Positions 1 to 9,362 of a stretch of DNA of 64,000 nucleotides are shown one piece after another. The notes beneath the pieces were generated by a model that saw only the letters and a list, made by a program, of their open reading frames with translations, did not search any database and was not told the origin of the DNA. The translations under genes and the position numbers were made by a program. Location of the stretch: the NCBI GenBank assembly GCA_018831195.1, contig JAHJDP010000031.1, positions 7,151 to 71,150 of the forward strand. Reading direction: 5' to 3'. Every line of letters begins with the position of its first letter. Position 1 is the stretch's first letter. Source of the stretch: Candidatus Eiseniibacteriota bacterium (lineage in GTDB: Bacteria > Eisenbacteria > RBG-16-71-46 > CAIMUX01 > JAHJDP01).

Positions 1-766
1 CGAGCCAATTCTTTACCGTGTTATACGAGACCTTTAGATCTGTCACGAGGCTCGGAATTGATAAGGACGATCCCACCTTTGACGGCAACAAGGAGAAAAG
101 GATTTCCAAATCTTCAATGTTTCTGATATCTGTCAGATCCCGGATATCCTCCCGGATCAATTGCCTGTGATAAGTGTTTGTCCAGCGGCGGTATGTCGTC
201 ATCTTTGCCGCCAAATAGGGTTCCGGGAAGCCGCTGTAGGCGGCCAGCCGCTTCCATGTTGAATCAAAGGATGATGGATGGCTTTCACAGACCTGGACAG
301 GATTCTTTCTGAATTGAGCCAGTGTTCTATTCTGGCTGTGTAGCTCTGCAAGGGTGAGGGGCCACAGATGAAACAGGTAGTATCGACCTGCGAGCGAGTC
401 GCCCCCCCTCTGGTAGAGATCCAGCCGGCCGCTTCCCGAAACGAGGAAAAGATATTCATCATTGAATTTGTCGTATGCGCCCTTGAGATAGTTTTTCCAA
501 TCTTTGTATTTATGGATTTCGTCGAGAAGGATGAGGGGCTTCGAGTCATCACTCCGAACGATATTTTGGAAGAAGAAAGGATCCTCAATGAGTTTTTGCT
601 TGTCGGTTAGGATGTCCCAGTTGAAATAAATGCTGTTCGTAAACCTCTCAGCGATCAGTTGTGCCAAGGTGGTTTTCCCGCATTGTCGTGGACCGGCGAG
701 AAAGACCAGGCTCTTCTCAGCGGAAAGCTCATCCCAGATACGGCTATAAGGCTCTCGTCTAAGCAT
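1..766 (-). CDS. AAA+ ATPase (AAA_14/DUF4143 type), runs off the left edge
   Basis: Hand translation from ATG at 766: MLRREPYSRIWDELSAEKSLVFLAGPRQCGKTTLA, with Walker A GPRQCGKT. Missing from the ORF track, presumably because it has no stop in the window. Confidence 0.85.
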   Translation of the reverse strand, partial: MLRREPYSRIWDELSAEKSLVFLAGPRQCGKTTLAQLIAERFTNSIYFNWDILTDKQKLIEDPFFFQNIVRSDDSKPLILLDEIHKYKDWKNYLKGAYDKFNDEYLFLVSGSGRLDLYQRGGDSLAGRYYLFHLWPLTLAELHSQNRTLAQFRKNPVQVCESHPSSFDSTWKRLAAYSGFPEPYLAAKMTTYRRWTNTYHRQLIREDIRDLTDIRNIEDLEILFSLLPSKVGSSLSIPSLVTDLKVSYNTVKNWL

Positions 767-784
767 GTGACAATAATGCAATGC

Positions 785-862
785 ACTGAAAAATAGTCAA
801 GTCTATATTTCAGTAGTGTGAAAAATGGGCGCGTCCATTTTTCAATGGACTGAAAAATAGAC
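785..862. repeat. Five TGAAAAAT(A/G)G units forming two inverted repeats plus one direct copy
   Basis: actgaaaaatag 785-796 / ctatatttcagt 803-814 (1 mismatch); tgaaaaatgg 819-828 / ccatttttca 835-844 (perfect); actgaaaaatag again at 849-860. Confidence 0.8.
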
Positions 863-907
863 AGCTTTCGAAATATTATTAAAAGCTAGTCTTATATAGA
901 ATTAATC

Positions 908-1956
908 CTACTTGATTCGCACGTCTCCTCCCAGTACTGCCATTTGGGCACCCCATATCCGGTGCCCAGATCGTCGGGCTCCAGGCCCAAGGTGTTGATG
1001 TGGGATGCGGTGGGAGAAGGTCCTCCACGCCCCAGGATCGTCGATCGAGAAATCCTCTGACGATGGCGTGGATTTACATTCCGGCAAACCCATACCCGCA
1101 AGCGCGGGAATTATAGCTGTCTTTCCTGAAGCTCTCCATCGGTCGCAATCTCCACCTTCGTTGCGGCACCAAACCTGCATTTTCACCAGCCCATGCATGT
1201 TGACGCGCTCGCGGGCCTGATGAAGGTGATGGTGATCTGTATCCCTGGGTCCGGCCGCCTCCGTAGGGAACCCACCTGATTAACGCCGATGTGCCTCTTT
1301 CCAGGTTCTTGCTGGATGCTGGCCTTACCGGGATTTCCGGTCGAGTTCGGGGAAGAGGTCTGCTCGGAAAGATGGTCGGAGGGCGTATTGTGTAAGGAAG
1401 ACAGCCCTGGCGGAGCGTTTGAGATGGGGTTTGTGGCGGGGACGGATCAGGGAAGGCTTACAAGGCGAGCTATCCGGCACCTTCGAGATCGGGTATCATC
1501 CTCTTGGTGGCTGGCGGGGGACAGCTCGGGCGTGAGGGGTGTTGAATGCTTATTGGCGAGATCGTCCGCGGCACTTTTGTCAACTTAGGTTGCAGCCAGC
1601 AGACAGAGTTTGTTCAACTTGCAGACCAGACCCGGAGGATGGCCAAGGTGCGAAAGAAATGGTGACTACAAGGCTCCCAGCACCTTCTGACAAGCCATCA
1701 ACGGGTCTGAAAAAACGCCGGGGCCACCCTCTCAACAACGTCGCCAGAGAATTCCAGGAACACTCGTTTGTTCTCCAACCGAATCAGGGCGCGGCGGGCA
1801 CCGTTCTCCATCGCAAACTTCAGCAGCCCCCTTGGGTCTCCCTAGTCCTCGACTCTTCCATCTCCAGTAGAGCCGGAATCCCCGGCGATGCCACCGGATG
1901 ACGGTTTCCGCTTCAACGAGCACTAGCGCCTTGCGCCAGTCGTTCCAGAAGCCCAA
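908..1956 (-). pseudogene. Decayed IS-type integrase-core transposase remnant
   Basis: 1732-1956 encodes WNDWRKALVLVEAETVIRWHRRGFRLYWRWKSRG-GRPK, typical of the N-terminal part of rve integrase-domain IS proteins. 908-1198 has a weak PHQHLG...VLGG match to their C-terminus. No continuous frame; left boundary uncertain. Confidence 0.55.
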
Positions 1957-1970
1957 GGCTTCCGGATTTT

Positions 1971-2582
1971 TCAGGTGGCAATAGTATCAGCCGGCGGTTC
2001 CTCCCCCAAATCCGGAAGCAAACTTCGATACAAACTCTCCAGCTCTTCAGTGCTCTCGGCTGGATGCAGGGATTTGTTCTCAACGACGCCGATCTTGAAC
2101 GAAGCCGCCGCACAATCCTTCCCCGCGCAGACCGTTGCATCCGCGCGGCGGATGCATTCCCGCTCCCAGCGCCGATAACGCCATCGGCCGAACAGCGAAC
2201 GATCCTGCTTCAACTCAGACCCGAGCAACGAATGTACAAGTATAGGATCCGGCAACCGTTTGACAACGCGGTTTCCCAGCAGGCCGGCCTGGTGCCCGTG
2301 GGTGTGTATCATCTCCGGCTGAAGCTGCGCCAGCAATCGAACAAGAAGCACTCCCGCCCAGATGCCGCGGAACGGGTGGGCGCCGCCGCTGAGTTCCTTC
2401 ATCCGAAAAAGCCGGTAGCCGCCCGATCGCGCCCGGGCCCACAGCGCGCTATCAGCATCACGATCCCCACCCGCGACCAGAACAATCTCGTGACCTCTTC
2501 CGTGCAGCTCCTCGCAGGTTTTCACGACCCGCTCCGCCGCCGCGCACGTCTCGAGATCTTTAACAATATGGCAGATCTTCAC
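1971..2582 (-). CDS. Glycosyltransferase family 4 N-terminal domain protein (no nucleotide-sugar domain)
   Basis: MKICHIV...AAAERVV...GHEIVLV...PEMIHTH...LVHSLLG matches the GT-B N-domain. Only 203 aa. GTG start overlaps the upstream stop. Confidence 0.7.
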   Translation of the reverse strand: MKICHIVKDLETCAAAERVVKTCEELHGRGHEIVLVAGGDRDADSALWARARSGGYRLFRMKELSGGAHPFRGIWAGVLLVRLLAQLQPEMIHTHGHQAGLLGNRVVKRLPDPILVHSLLGSELKQDRSLFGRWRYRRWERECIRRADATVCAGKDCAAASFKIGVVENKSLHPAESTEELESLYRSLLPDLGEEPPADTIAT

Positions 2583-3559
2583 GGGCGATCCGCACCCTCT
2601 TCGGCGATTCTTAAAAACAACGGCATCAGCGCCGGATCGAGATTCCCGCCGGATAGAACGACGCCGATCTTTGAGCTCGCCGGCATCGGAACGGCGCCCG
2701 ACATCAACGCCGCCACGCCGACACAGCCCGATGGCTCCACGACCAGCTTCGCCCGCTGAAACAAAAAGAGCAACGCGCGCGCTATGGCGACATCCGTCAC
2801 TGTTAGAATTTGATCAACCCTTTCCCGGATCACTTCAAACGGTTTGACACCGAGACTATGCGGCCGCAATCCATCGGCGATCGTGTCAGGCTCAGCGATG
2901 GTGACACGCTCCCCTTTCTCCAACGATTGACGCGCGTCATCCGCCGCTTCCGGCTCAATCCCAAAGACACGGCATGCGGGTTTGAGGTGCTTGATCACCG
3001 TGGCGCATCCGGAGATCAATCCGCCGCCGCCGATCGGCACAAGTATGGCGTCCAACGCCGAAACCTGGTCTAGAAACTCGAGCGCGACGGTTCCCTGCCC
3101 CGCCATGATGCGCTCATCGTCAAAGGGCGGGAGCATGACGCGCCCCGTCTCATCGGCCAGTTTATAGGCGATGGCGGCCCGATCGCCGGAACGGCGGTCA
3201 TACGGATAGATCTCGCCGCCGTAACCGAGCACCGCCTCCCGCTTCGGGATCGGCGCATCGGAAGGCATGACGATGAGGGCGGTCGATCCGACCGTCTGAG
3301 CGGCCAGGGCGACACCTTGTGCGTGGTTCCCCGAGGAGTGCGAAATGATCCCCCGTTTCCGCTCTTCTTCGCTGAGGGTCAGGGCGGCGTTTGTCGAACC
3401 GCGGACTTTAAATGACCCACCCCGCTGCAAACCCTCCACCTTCAGCGAAACCTGATAGCCGACAAGGTCATCCAGAGCGCGGCAGGTGACCACCGGCGTC
3501 TTATGGATATATTTCCGGATCCGCTGATGAGCCGTCACAACATCTTGATACGCGAGCAT
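2579..3559 (-). CDS. PLP-dependent serine/threonine dehydratase (serine racemase-like)
   Basis: GSFKVRG (PLP lysine), SSGNHAQG, PIGGGGLISG, VEPSG, LSGGN. No ACT domain. Start set at MLAYQ. Confidence 0.9.
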   Translation of the reverse strand: MLAYQDVVTAHQRIRKYIHKTPVVTCRALDDLVGYQVSLKVEGLQRGGSFKVRGSTNAALTLSEEERKRGIISHSSGNHAQGVALAAQTVGSTALIVMPSDAPIPKREAVLGYGGEIYPYDRRSGDRAAIAYKLADETGRVMLPPFDDERIMAGQGTVALEFLDQVSALDAILVPIGGGGLISGCATVIKHLKPACRVFGIEPEAADDARQSLEKGERVTIAEPDTIADGLRPHSLGVKPFEVIRERVDQILTVTDVAIARALLFLFQRAKLVVEPSGCVGVAALMSGAVPMPASSKIGVVLSGGNLDPALMPLFLRIAEEGADRP

Positions 3560-3774
3560 GCTGTCATCCCTCGAAGAGGTTTTGATCCCGATGGCGCGCA
3601 GAATTCCCAATCCGTCTTGGTGAACAGATTACACCAAGCCCAGCAGCGGGCCAAATGCCGGAGAATGGAATTTGCTGAGAAACAGCGCCGGGGGTGGAAA
3701 TGATCCTTGAGGAAGACCGTTTCATGCTCTTTATTTGCCTAGTCACGAGGATCGACCGCGGCCGGAGGATCAGG

Positions 3775-5493
3775 ATGAACCTTTCCACATTTAATGAGGA
3801 GAATCTCACGTTTGATTTAGGTCCCTATACCAAAGGGATCGGCGAGGTCCTCGATGATATGGCGGCGGAGGAGATACTTCCGAGGATCTGGTCTTTTGAT
3901 CATACGGTTTGGAAACCCGATCCCAGGGAGATCACCAACCGTTTAGGCTGGCTCCTCTCCCCCGCGGGAATGCGGGAAGCGATTCCCGGGATCAAGGATA
4001 CCATCGGGGATCTTCGGCGGGATGGGTGTACGCATGCCATCCTCATGGGGATGGGCGGCTCGTCGCTCGCCCCGGAAGTCTTCGGCAAGGTTTTTGGAAA
4101 TCATTCCCCGCTCTCGACCGTTCTCACCGTTGTGGATACGACCGATCCCGACGCCATACACCATGAGACAAAGTTGTACGATCCGGCGACAACCCTCTAT
4201 ATCGTCTCCACAAAATCGGGATCGACGGTTGAGACATTTTCACTCTTTAAACATTTCTGGCGGCACGCCGTCAAAAAGATCGGAACCGTCGCGGCGGGTG
4301 GACATTTCATAGCCATCACTGATCAAGGATCGATGCTCGAGGAGATGGCGACCCGACTCAAATTCCGGAGAATCTTTTTGAACGACCCGAACATCGGCGG
4401 GCGCTTTTCCGTCCTTTCACATTTTGGACTCGTTCCCGCGGCGATGGTCGGGGCTGATCCGGCCAAGCTATTGGACCGCGCCATCGATATGGCCCGGCAT
4501 TGCGGCGCCGACGGAGAGACGACGTTTAATCCAGGCGCCCGATTGGGCGCGGTCCTCGGTGAGCTGGCGCGCCTCGGCCGCGATAAGATGACCCTCCTCC
4601 TATCACCGGTTTTGGCGCCGTTCGGCGCCTGGGTTGAACAACTCATCGCTGAAAGCACCGGCAAAGACGGACGGGGAATCCTGCCGGTCGCCTGCGAACC
4701 GGCCGGACCGCCGGAAATGTATAGTGACGACCGTGTTTTTGTGGAAATGCGTCTCGAGCACGAGCTTTGTCCCGCCGGAGGGTATGAGAAAGCCCTGCGG
4801 GAAAAGCATCCCTGGATCCGCATCCTATTGAAGGATGAATATGATCTCGGCGCGCAGTTCTTTCTCTGGGAGATGGCGACGGCCGTCGCCGGACATTGCC
4901 TGGAGATTCAGCCATTCGATCAACCCGATGTGGAATCGGCGAAAATAGCGGCGCGGGAAATGGTCGACGCTTATATGAGGGAGGGCGCGCTGCCGCAATC
5001 GGAACCTCTTTTACAGGAAGAAGGCCTTCAGCTCTTTGGTGATGGTGAACCCTGCGGTGGATGGATCGAGCATCTGCGCGGGTTTTTGATGCAGAGTTCA
5101 CCGCATAGCTATATCGCTTTGCAGGCCTATCTTGAGCCGACCGGCAAGACAACACAGTTTCTGACCGACATTGCCGCACGCATACGCTCAAAATTCAATA
5201 TGACCGTTACGACCGGATACGGACCCCGCTATCTGCACTCCACCGGTCAGTTACACAAAGGAGACCGGGGAAACGGCCTTTTTGTGCAATTCACATCCGA
5301 CCCCCGTAAAGATGTCCCGATACCCGACGAAATAGGATCCGACGCCTCCTCAATTTCCTTCGGCGTTCTCAAGGCGGCGCAGGCCCTCGGCGACGGGGAA
5401 GCTCTTCGCAGGGCCGGGCGCAAGGTATTGCGTATCCACTTGGGAGATCGCCTCTTCGCCGGATTGGAAACGATTTTAAAAGGCCTGAGTTGA
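3775..5493 (+). CDS. pgi: Glucose-6-phosphate isomerase (PGI/PMI, Tal-Pgi C-terminal type)
   Basis: GMGGSSL, STKSGSTVET, IGGRFSVLS, EQLIAESTGK, PFDQPDVESAK. GGAGG RBS before ATG 3775. Confidence 0.85.
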   Translation: MNLSTFNEENLTFDLGPYTKGIGEVLDDMAAEEILPRIWSFDHTVWKPDPREITNRLGWLLSPAGMREAIPGIKDTIGDLRRDGCTHAILMGMGGSSLAPEVFGKVFGNHSPLSTVLTVVDTTDPDAIHHETKLYDPATTLYIVSTKSGSTVETFSLFKHFWRHAVKKIGTVAAGGHFIAITDQGSMLEEMATRLKFRRIFLNDPNIGGRFSVLSHFGLVPAAMVGADPAKLLDRAIDMARHCGADGETTFNPGARLGAVLGELARLGRDKMTLLLSPVLAPFGAWVEQLIAESTGKDGRGILPVACEPAGPPEMYSDDRVFVEMRLEHELCPAGGYEKALREKHPWIRILLKDEYDLGAQFFLWEMATAVAGHCLEIQPFDQPDVESAKIAAREMVDAYMREGALPQSEPLLQEEGLQLFGDGEPCGGWIEHLRGFLMQSSPHSYIALQAYLEPTGKTTQFLTDIAARIRSKFNMTVTTGYGPRYLHSTGQLHKGDRGNGLFVQFTSDPRKDVPIPDEIGSDASSISFGVLKAAQALGDGEALRRAGRKVLRIHLGDRLFAGLETILKGLS

Positions 5494-5546
5494 GATAGCG
5501 CCGCGTTGAAAACCGAATGGAAGACCCGCGTTTGACGGCCTCACGG

Positions 5547-5575
5547 TTGACCGGCCGGCCGCCATGTGATATCCT
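5547..5575 (+). promoter_or_regulatory. Sigma70-like promoter
   Basis: TTGACC-N17-TATCCT upstream of the 5686 gene. Confidence 0.5.
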
Positions 5576-5685
5576 CCTTGCGTCTTCAAGGATATAAAAC
5601 TTTCCCATTTCGTATTCGCAAAATTGAAGCTTGTTCCGGTTTCACCTGCTGTGTTGTGCAAGACCATGTCGACATGGAGGATCCT

Positions 5686-6411
5686 ATGAAAGCGGCAATC
5701 CCAATTTTGTTTCTCAGTATGCTGATTCCGGCGGCACTTACTATGGAAGCGGCCGGCGACGCCCTTGATTTGGGTTTCTCCACCAATACGATCCTTATCG
5801 AAAGCGAAACGGGCAGGGATTGTGAGCTTCCATTTGAGTATCTGATAAATGACGACGGGTCTTTCGAGAACGGATACGCCTGGTCCCATGACGGAGCCTT
5901 GGAGCCGTACTATGGGGCTTGGGCGGAGAGCTTCCCCCAGGGATGGGTCCGCAGTCTTGCCTTTTGGTTCACCCAGACCGGAGACTGGGCCGGCCAATCA
6001 TTGGATGCCTACATTTGGGAATATGATGCCGGGAACCCCGGCAATGTCCGCTGCCTGATTCCCGATCAAATCATAGACATGCCGGCTTACTGGCCTACAT
6101 TCTCAGCACATGAAGTTGAGGTTAATTGTGATACCGGCGATTTGCATTTCGCCGGATTTTGGGGAAACTGGCCGGATGAACAAAACGGGTGGTTTCTGGC
6201 GGCCGATGAAGACGGTCCCGGCGTAGGAGATCCAAGAACGAATATTTCCCCCCTTGCCACGGAATGGCCGCAGGGTTGGCACCACCCGAATATCCTGCCC
6301 CCCTTTGAAGAGTGTAAGAATCTCGGCATTCATGAGTGCTGGGTGGCGGGGGTCCACCCGACCGCCGCCAACCAAGCGACCTGGGGATCCATAAAATCGC
6401 TCTATCGTTGA
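5686..6411 (+). CDS. Secreted hypothetical protein with C-terminal TWGSIKSLYR tag
   Basis: GGAGG RBS, signal peptide MKAAIPILFLSMLIPAAL, acidic Trp-rich body, terminal motif shared with three other genes here. Confidence 0.8.
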   Translation: MKAAIPILFLSMLIPAALTMEAAGDALDLGFSTNTILIESETGRDCELPFEYLINDDGSFENGYAWSHDGALEPYYGAWAESFPQGWVRSLAFWFTQTGDWAGQSLDAYIWEYDAGNPGNVRCLIPDQIIDMPAYWPTFSAHEVEVNCDTGDLHFAGFWGNWPDEQNGWFLAADEDGPGVGDPRTNISPLATEWPQGWHHPNILPPFEECKNLGIHECWVAGVHPTAANQATWGSIKSLYR

Positions 6412-6433
6412 GGTAAAACTCCTTGTTGGCCAC

Positions 6434-6457
6434 TATTTGCCCATATTTGGGCAAATA
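6434..6457. promoter_or_regulatory. Perfect 10-bp inverted repeat (operator or terminator-like hairpin)
   Basis: TATTTGCCCA-tatt-TGGGCAAATA between the 5686 gene and the glmS unit. Confidence 0.45.
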
Positions 6458-6616
6458 TACAGCGTAATACCCACTATTCCTCTCGAATCAATTGACGATA
6501 CTCCTATATGGGAATAGGGTTGAGCTGTGAGTCCCCAGGGGGATCAGGCGTATCGATCTCAACCTCTGGGAAAGAGACCGTTATGAGGCCAAGCCAAAGG
6601 AACCGCCACCGGGACA

Positions 6617-6874
6617 ATGGAAGAAGACCTGGATCATCTGGCTTCAGCCCTGGGATGGCCGCGGGAGAAAATCCCCCGCCTCCTCGACGAAGTCCGAGCT
6701 CTTTATAACCAAACTCTCGAGGAATTCATCCGCAGCCGGCACTTAAAATACCGCCGGACAATGGGGCTTCATAATGAAGAGATATTTTCCCGGATTCAGA
6801 AGGATCTTGAGAACTGGCGCTTTCGGGCGCCGGATGTCTCGATCCGCAAAATCCGCCGGATGATTTACGGATAA
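6617..6874 (+). CDS. Small hypothetical protein upstream of glmS
   Basis: 85-aa helical ORF ending IRKIRRMIYG, same strand as glmS and 59 bp before it. Confidence 0.7.
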   Translation: MEEDLDHLASALGWPREKIPRLLDEVRALYNQTLEEFIRSRHLKYRRTMGLHNEEIFSRIQKDLENWRFRAPDVSIRKIRRMIYG

Positions 6875-6933
6875 CTGAATGACGGTTCAAGGCCGCGGCG
6901 GATCTCCTTCAGGCGGCCGGAAAGGAAGCAACA

Positions 6934-8778
6934 ATGTGCGGCATCGTCGGATATGTCGGGAATCGCCCGGCCCTTGGAATCCTCATAGAAGGTCTGAAGC
7001 GTCTTGAATACCGCGGCTACGATTCGGCGGGTGTTGCGATTATCCACCGCAAGCGCCTGAAGATCACGAAGCGCGCCGGCCGTGTTCATCAATTGGAGCC
7101 TTTTCTGAAACCATTGACGGACGGAACCGGCATCGCGCATACCCGGTGGGCGACACACGGCAAACCGACCGACATCAACTCCCATCCGCATACCGATCCC
7201 GAAAAGATCGTTGCGATTGTACATAACGGGGTTATCGAGAATTATCATCTCCTGAAAGAGAAACTTCAGCGCCAAGGCGCTCATTTTGAAACCGAGACCG
7301 ATACCGAAGTGATCGCGCATCTGATAGCCCACTTTTACAAAGCCTCGGGCCGCCGCGGCGACGCCGACGCGCTCGAGGAATCCGTTGGGAAGGCTCTCGC
7401 TCTTGTTGAAGGAACCTACGGCCTCGCCGTCATCGCGGCTGATTGCCCCGGACACATCATCGCGGCGCGGAACGGGAGTCCCTTGATTGTCGGTGTCGGC
7501 GAGCGCGGTATGTTCGTCGCCTCCGATGTCGGCGCGCTTGTCTCCTATACACGCCAGGTCTTTTTCCTCGAAGACCGCGAGATGGCTCATCTGACGCCCT
7601 CGACCTATCAGACACGGCACCTGGACCGGGGCAAGGTTGAAAAACCGATCGAGGAGATTCCCTGGGATCTCGAAGCGATCGAGAAGAAGGATTTTCCCGA
7701 TTTTATGTTAAAGGAGATTTTCGAGCAGCCCGAATCGATCACACGGTGTTTCCTGGGCCGCCTCGTTCCCGAATTCGGCACGGTGAAACTGGGCGGATTG
7801 TCCTGGTCGCGCGAAGAGGCATTAAATGTCAAACGCATACAAATCATTGGCTGCGGGACATCGTTTAATGCCGGCCTTGCCGCTTCCTATATTTTTGAGA
7901 ACCTGTCGCGAATTCCCTGCCGGGTCGATATCGCCAGCGAATACCGCTACCGGAATCCCGTGGTCGATCGAGAAACCTTTTACCTGGCCGTAAGCCAATC
8001 GGGTGAAACAGCCGACACACTCGCCGCTCTTCGCGAAATCAAGATCCGCGGCGGCAATGTCAGCGGGATCTGCAACGGCGTCGGCTCTTCCCTGGCCAGA
8101 GAGAGTGATGGCGGTGTCTATATCCATGCCGGACCGGAGGTGGCCGTCGCCTCAACAAAATGCTTTACCTCGGAATTGCTGGCCCTCGAGATGATCGCTA
8201 TCGATTTGGGCCGGATGCGGCACCTATCGCCCGAAGTCGGACGGAATCTCATCAATGAGATCAAAATCCTTCCCGACAAGATCCGCGGCTGTTTTGAACA
8301 AGCGGGCCGGATCGCCGCCCTTGCCAAACATCTCAGCAACACACACCATTTTCTCTTCCTGGGCAGGGGGCCGCACTATGCCGTCGCCCTTGAAGGCGCT
8401 CTTAAAATGAAAGAGCTGACCTATATCCCTTCCGAGGGATACTCGGCCGCAGAGATGAAACATGGTCCGAACGCCCTGATTGAAGAGGGCGTACCTGTCG
8501 TGGTGATCGCCGTGCGGGACGCTCTTTATGAAAAGGTGCTGGCAAATATACAAGAAGTGCGCGCGCGCGGCGGTACGGTGATCGCCATTGCCACCGCCGG
8601 CGACCAAGAGATTACCAAATACGCGGAAGAGGTTTTCTTCGTTCCCGAAACGATGGAGCCGTTCACTCCGATCCTGACCGTCATCCCGCTCCAACTGCTT
8701 GCCTACTATCTTGCCGTGGCGCTGGGACGCGATGTGGACAAGCCGCGCAATCTCGCAAAGAGTGTTACGGTGGAGTAG
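6934..8778 (+). CDS. glmS: Glutamine-fructose-6-phosphate aminotransferase
   Basis: MCGIVG, LEYRGYDSAG, HTRWATHG, SQSGETADT, VASTK, C-terminal PRNLAKSVTVE. Confidence 0.98.
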   Translation: MCGIVGYVGNRPALGILIEGLKRLEYRGYDSAGVAIIHRKRLKITKRAGRVHQLEPFLKPLTDGTGIAHTRWATHGKPTDINSHPHTDPEKIVAIVHNGVIENYHLLKEKLQRQGAHFETETDTEVIAHLIAHFYKASGRRGDADALEESVGKALALVEGTYGLAVIAADCPGHIIAARNGSPLIVGVGERGMFVASDVGALVSYTRQVFFLEDREMAHLTPSTYQTRHLDRGKVEKPIEEIPWDLEAIEKKDFPDFMLKEIFEQPESITRCFLGRLVPEFGTVKLGGLSWSREEALNVKRIQIIGCGTSFNAGLAASYIFENLSRIPCRVDIASEYRYRNPVVDRETFYLAVSQSGETADTLAALREIKIRGGNVSGICNGVGSSLARESDGGVYIHAGPEVAVASTKCFTSELLALEMIAIDLGRMRHLSPEVGRNLINEIKILPDKIRGCFEQAGRIAALAKHLSNTHHFLFLGRGPHYAVALEGALKMKELTYIPSEGYSAAEMKHGPNALIEEGVPVVVIAVRDALYEKVLANIQEVRARGGTVIAIATAGDQEITKYAEEVFFVPETMEPFTPILTVIPLQLLAYYLAVALGRDVDKPRNLAKSVTVE

Positions 8779-8835
8779 TCAACCGGAGCCGTCGCCTGGA
8801 GTAGTAAACCGCAGGCGCCAATCGAGGAGGGATCG

Positions 8836-9330
8836 GTGAATTTGCCAAAACTCAGCCTGCTCATGCTGCCGGTGTGTCTCTTGGCCCTGTCCGCCTGTGG
8901 CGGATCGAGGGAAAATTCGGCGAACCGGCCGGAAAAAAGCGGGCCGATTGAGCAGGCCCATACCGCCCCCATACTTATCTTCACATGGACCGGGGGCGTG
9001 GCCGGATTCCAGAGATCGCTCGAGCTTTACACCGATGGACAAGCACGCGCCGGCGACAAAGTGATGGAGAGCTCCGGGCGCATGCAGATGGAGACCAAGG
9101 TTCTCACCTCTTTCATCGATTCGGTGAGCGCCGTTGTGAAACCTGCAAATGGACCATTCAACTCAAAGGCTTTCGATGATTTTCATTTTGTGATCGACTT
9201 CCATCCCGATAAGGATCGCGGGAACATTCATGTCGAGGGCGACGGATCGGCGTTTCCCGAAAATTACCAGCCGATTCTGCGCCGGCTCATGGAATGGACC
9301 TATCAAGCCTTGGAGAATGCGAAGAAGTAG
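8836..9330 (+). CDS. Hypothetical lipoprotein
   Basis: GAGGAGG RBS, GTG start, lipobox LALSA-C. Confidence 0.7.
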   Translation: MNLPKLSLLMLPVCLLALSACGGSRENSANRPEKSGPIEQAHTAPILIFTWTGGVAGFQRSLELYTDGQARAGDKVMESSGRMQMETKVLTSFIDSVSAVVKPANGPFNSKAFDDFHFVIDFHPDKDRGNIHVEGDGSAFPENYQPILRRLMEWTYQALENAKK

Positions 9331-9362
9331 AAAGATCTACTGGGATTCAGAGAAGCCCACGG

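Noticed and set aside
199-610. ORFs 199-588 and 368-610
   Set aside because: Alternative frames inside the AAA ATPase gene.
6460-6933. glmS ribozyme
   Set aside because: No recognisable ribozyme core by eye, and the space is largely filled by a plausible ORF; a covariance search would be needed to exclude it fully.
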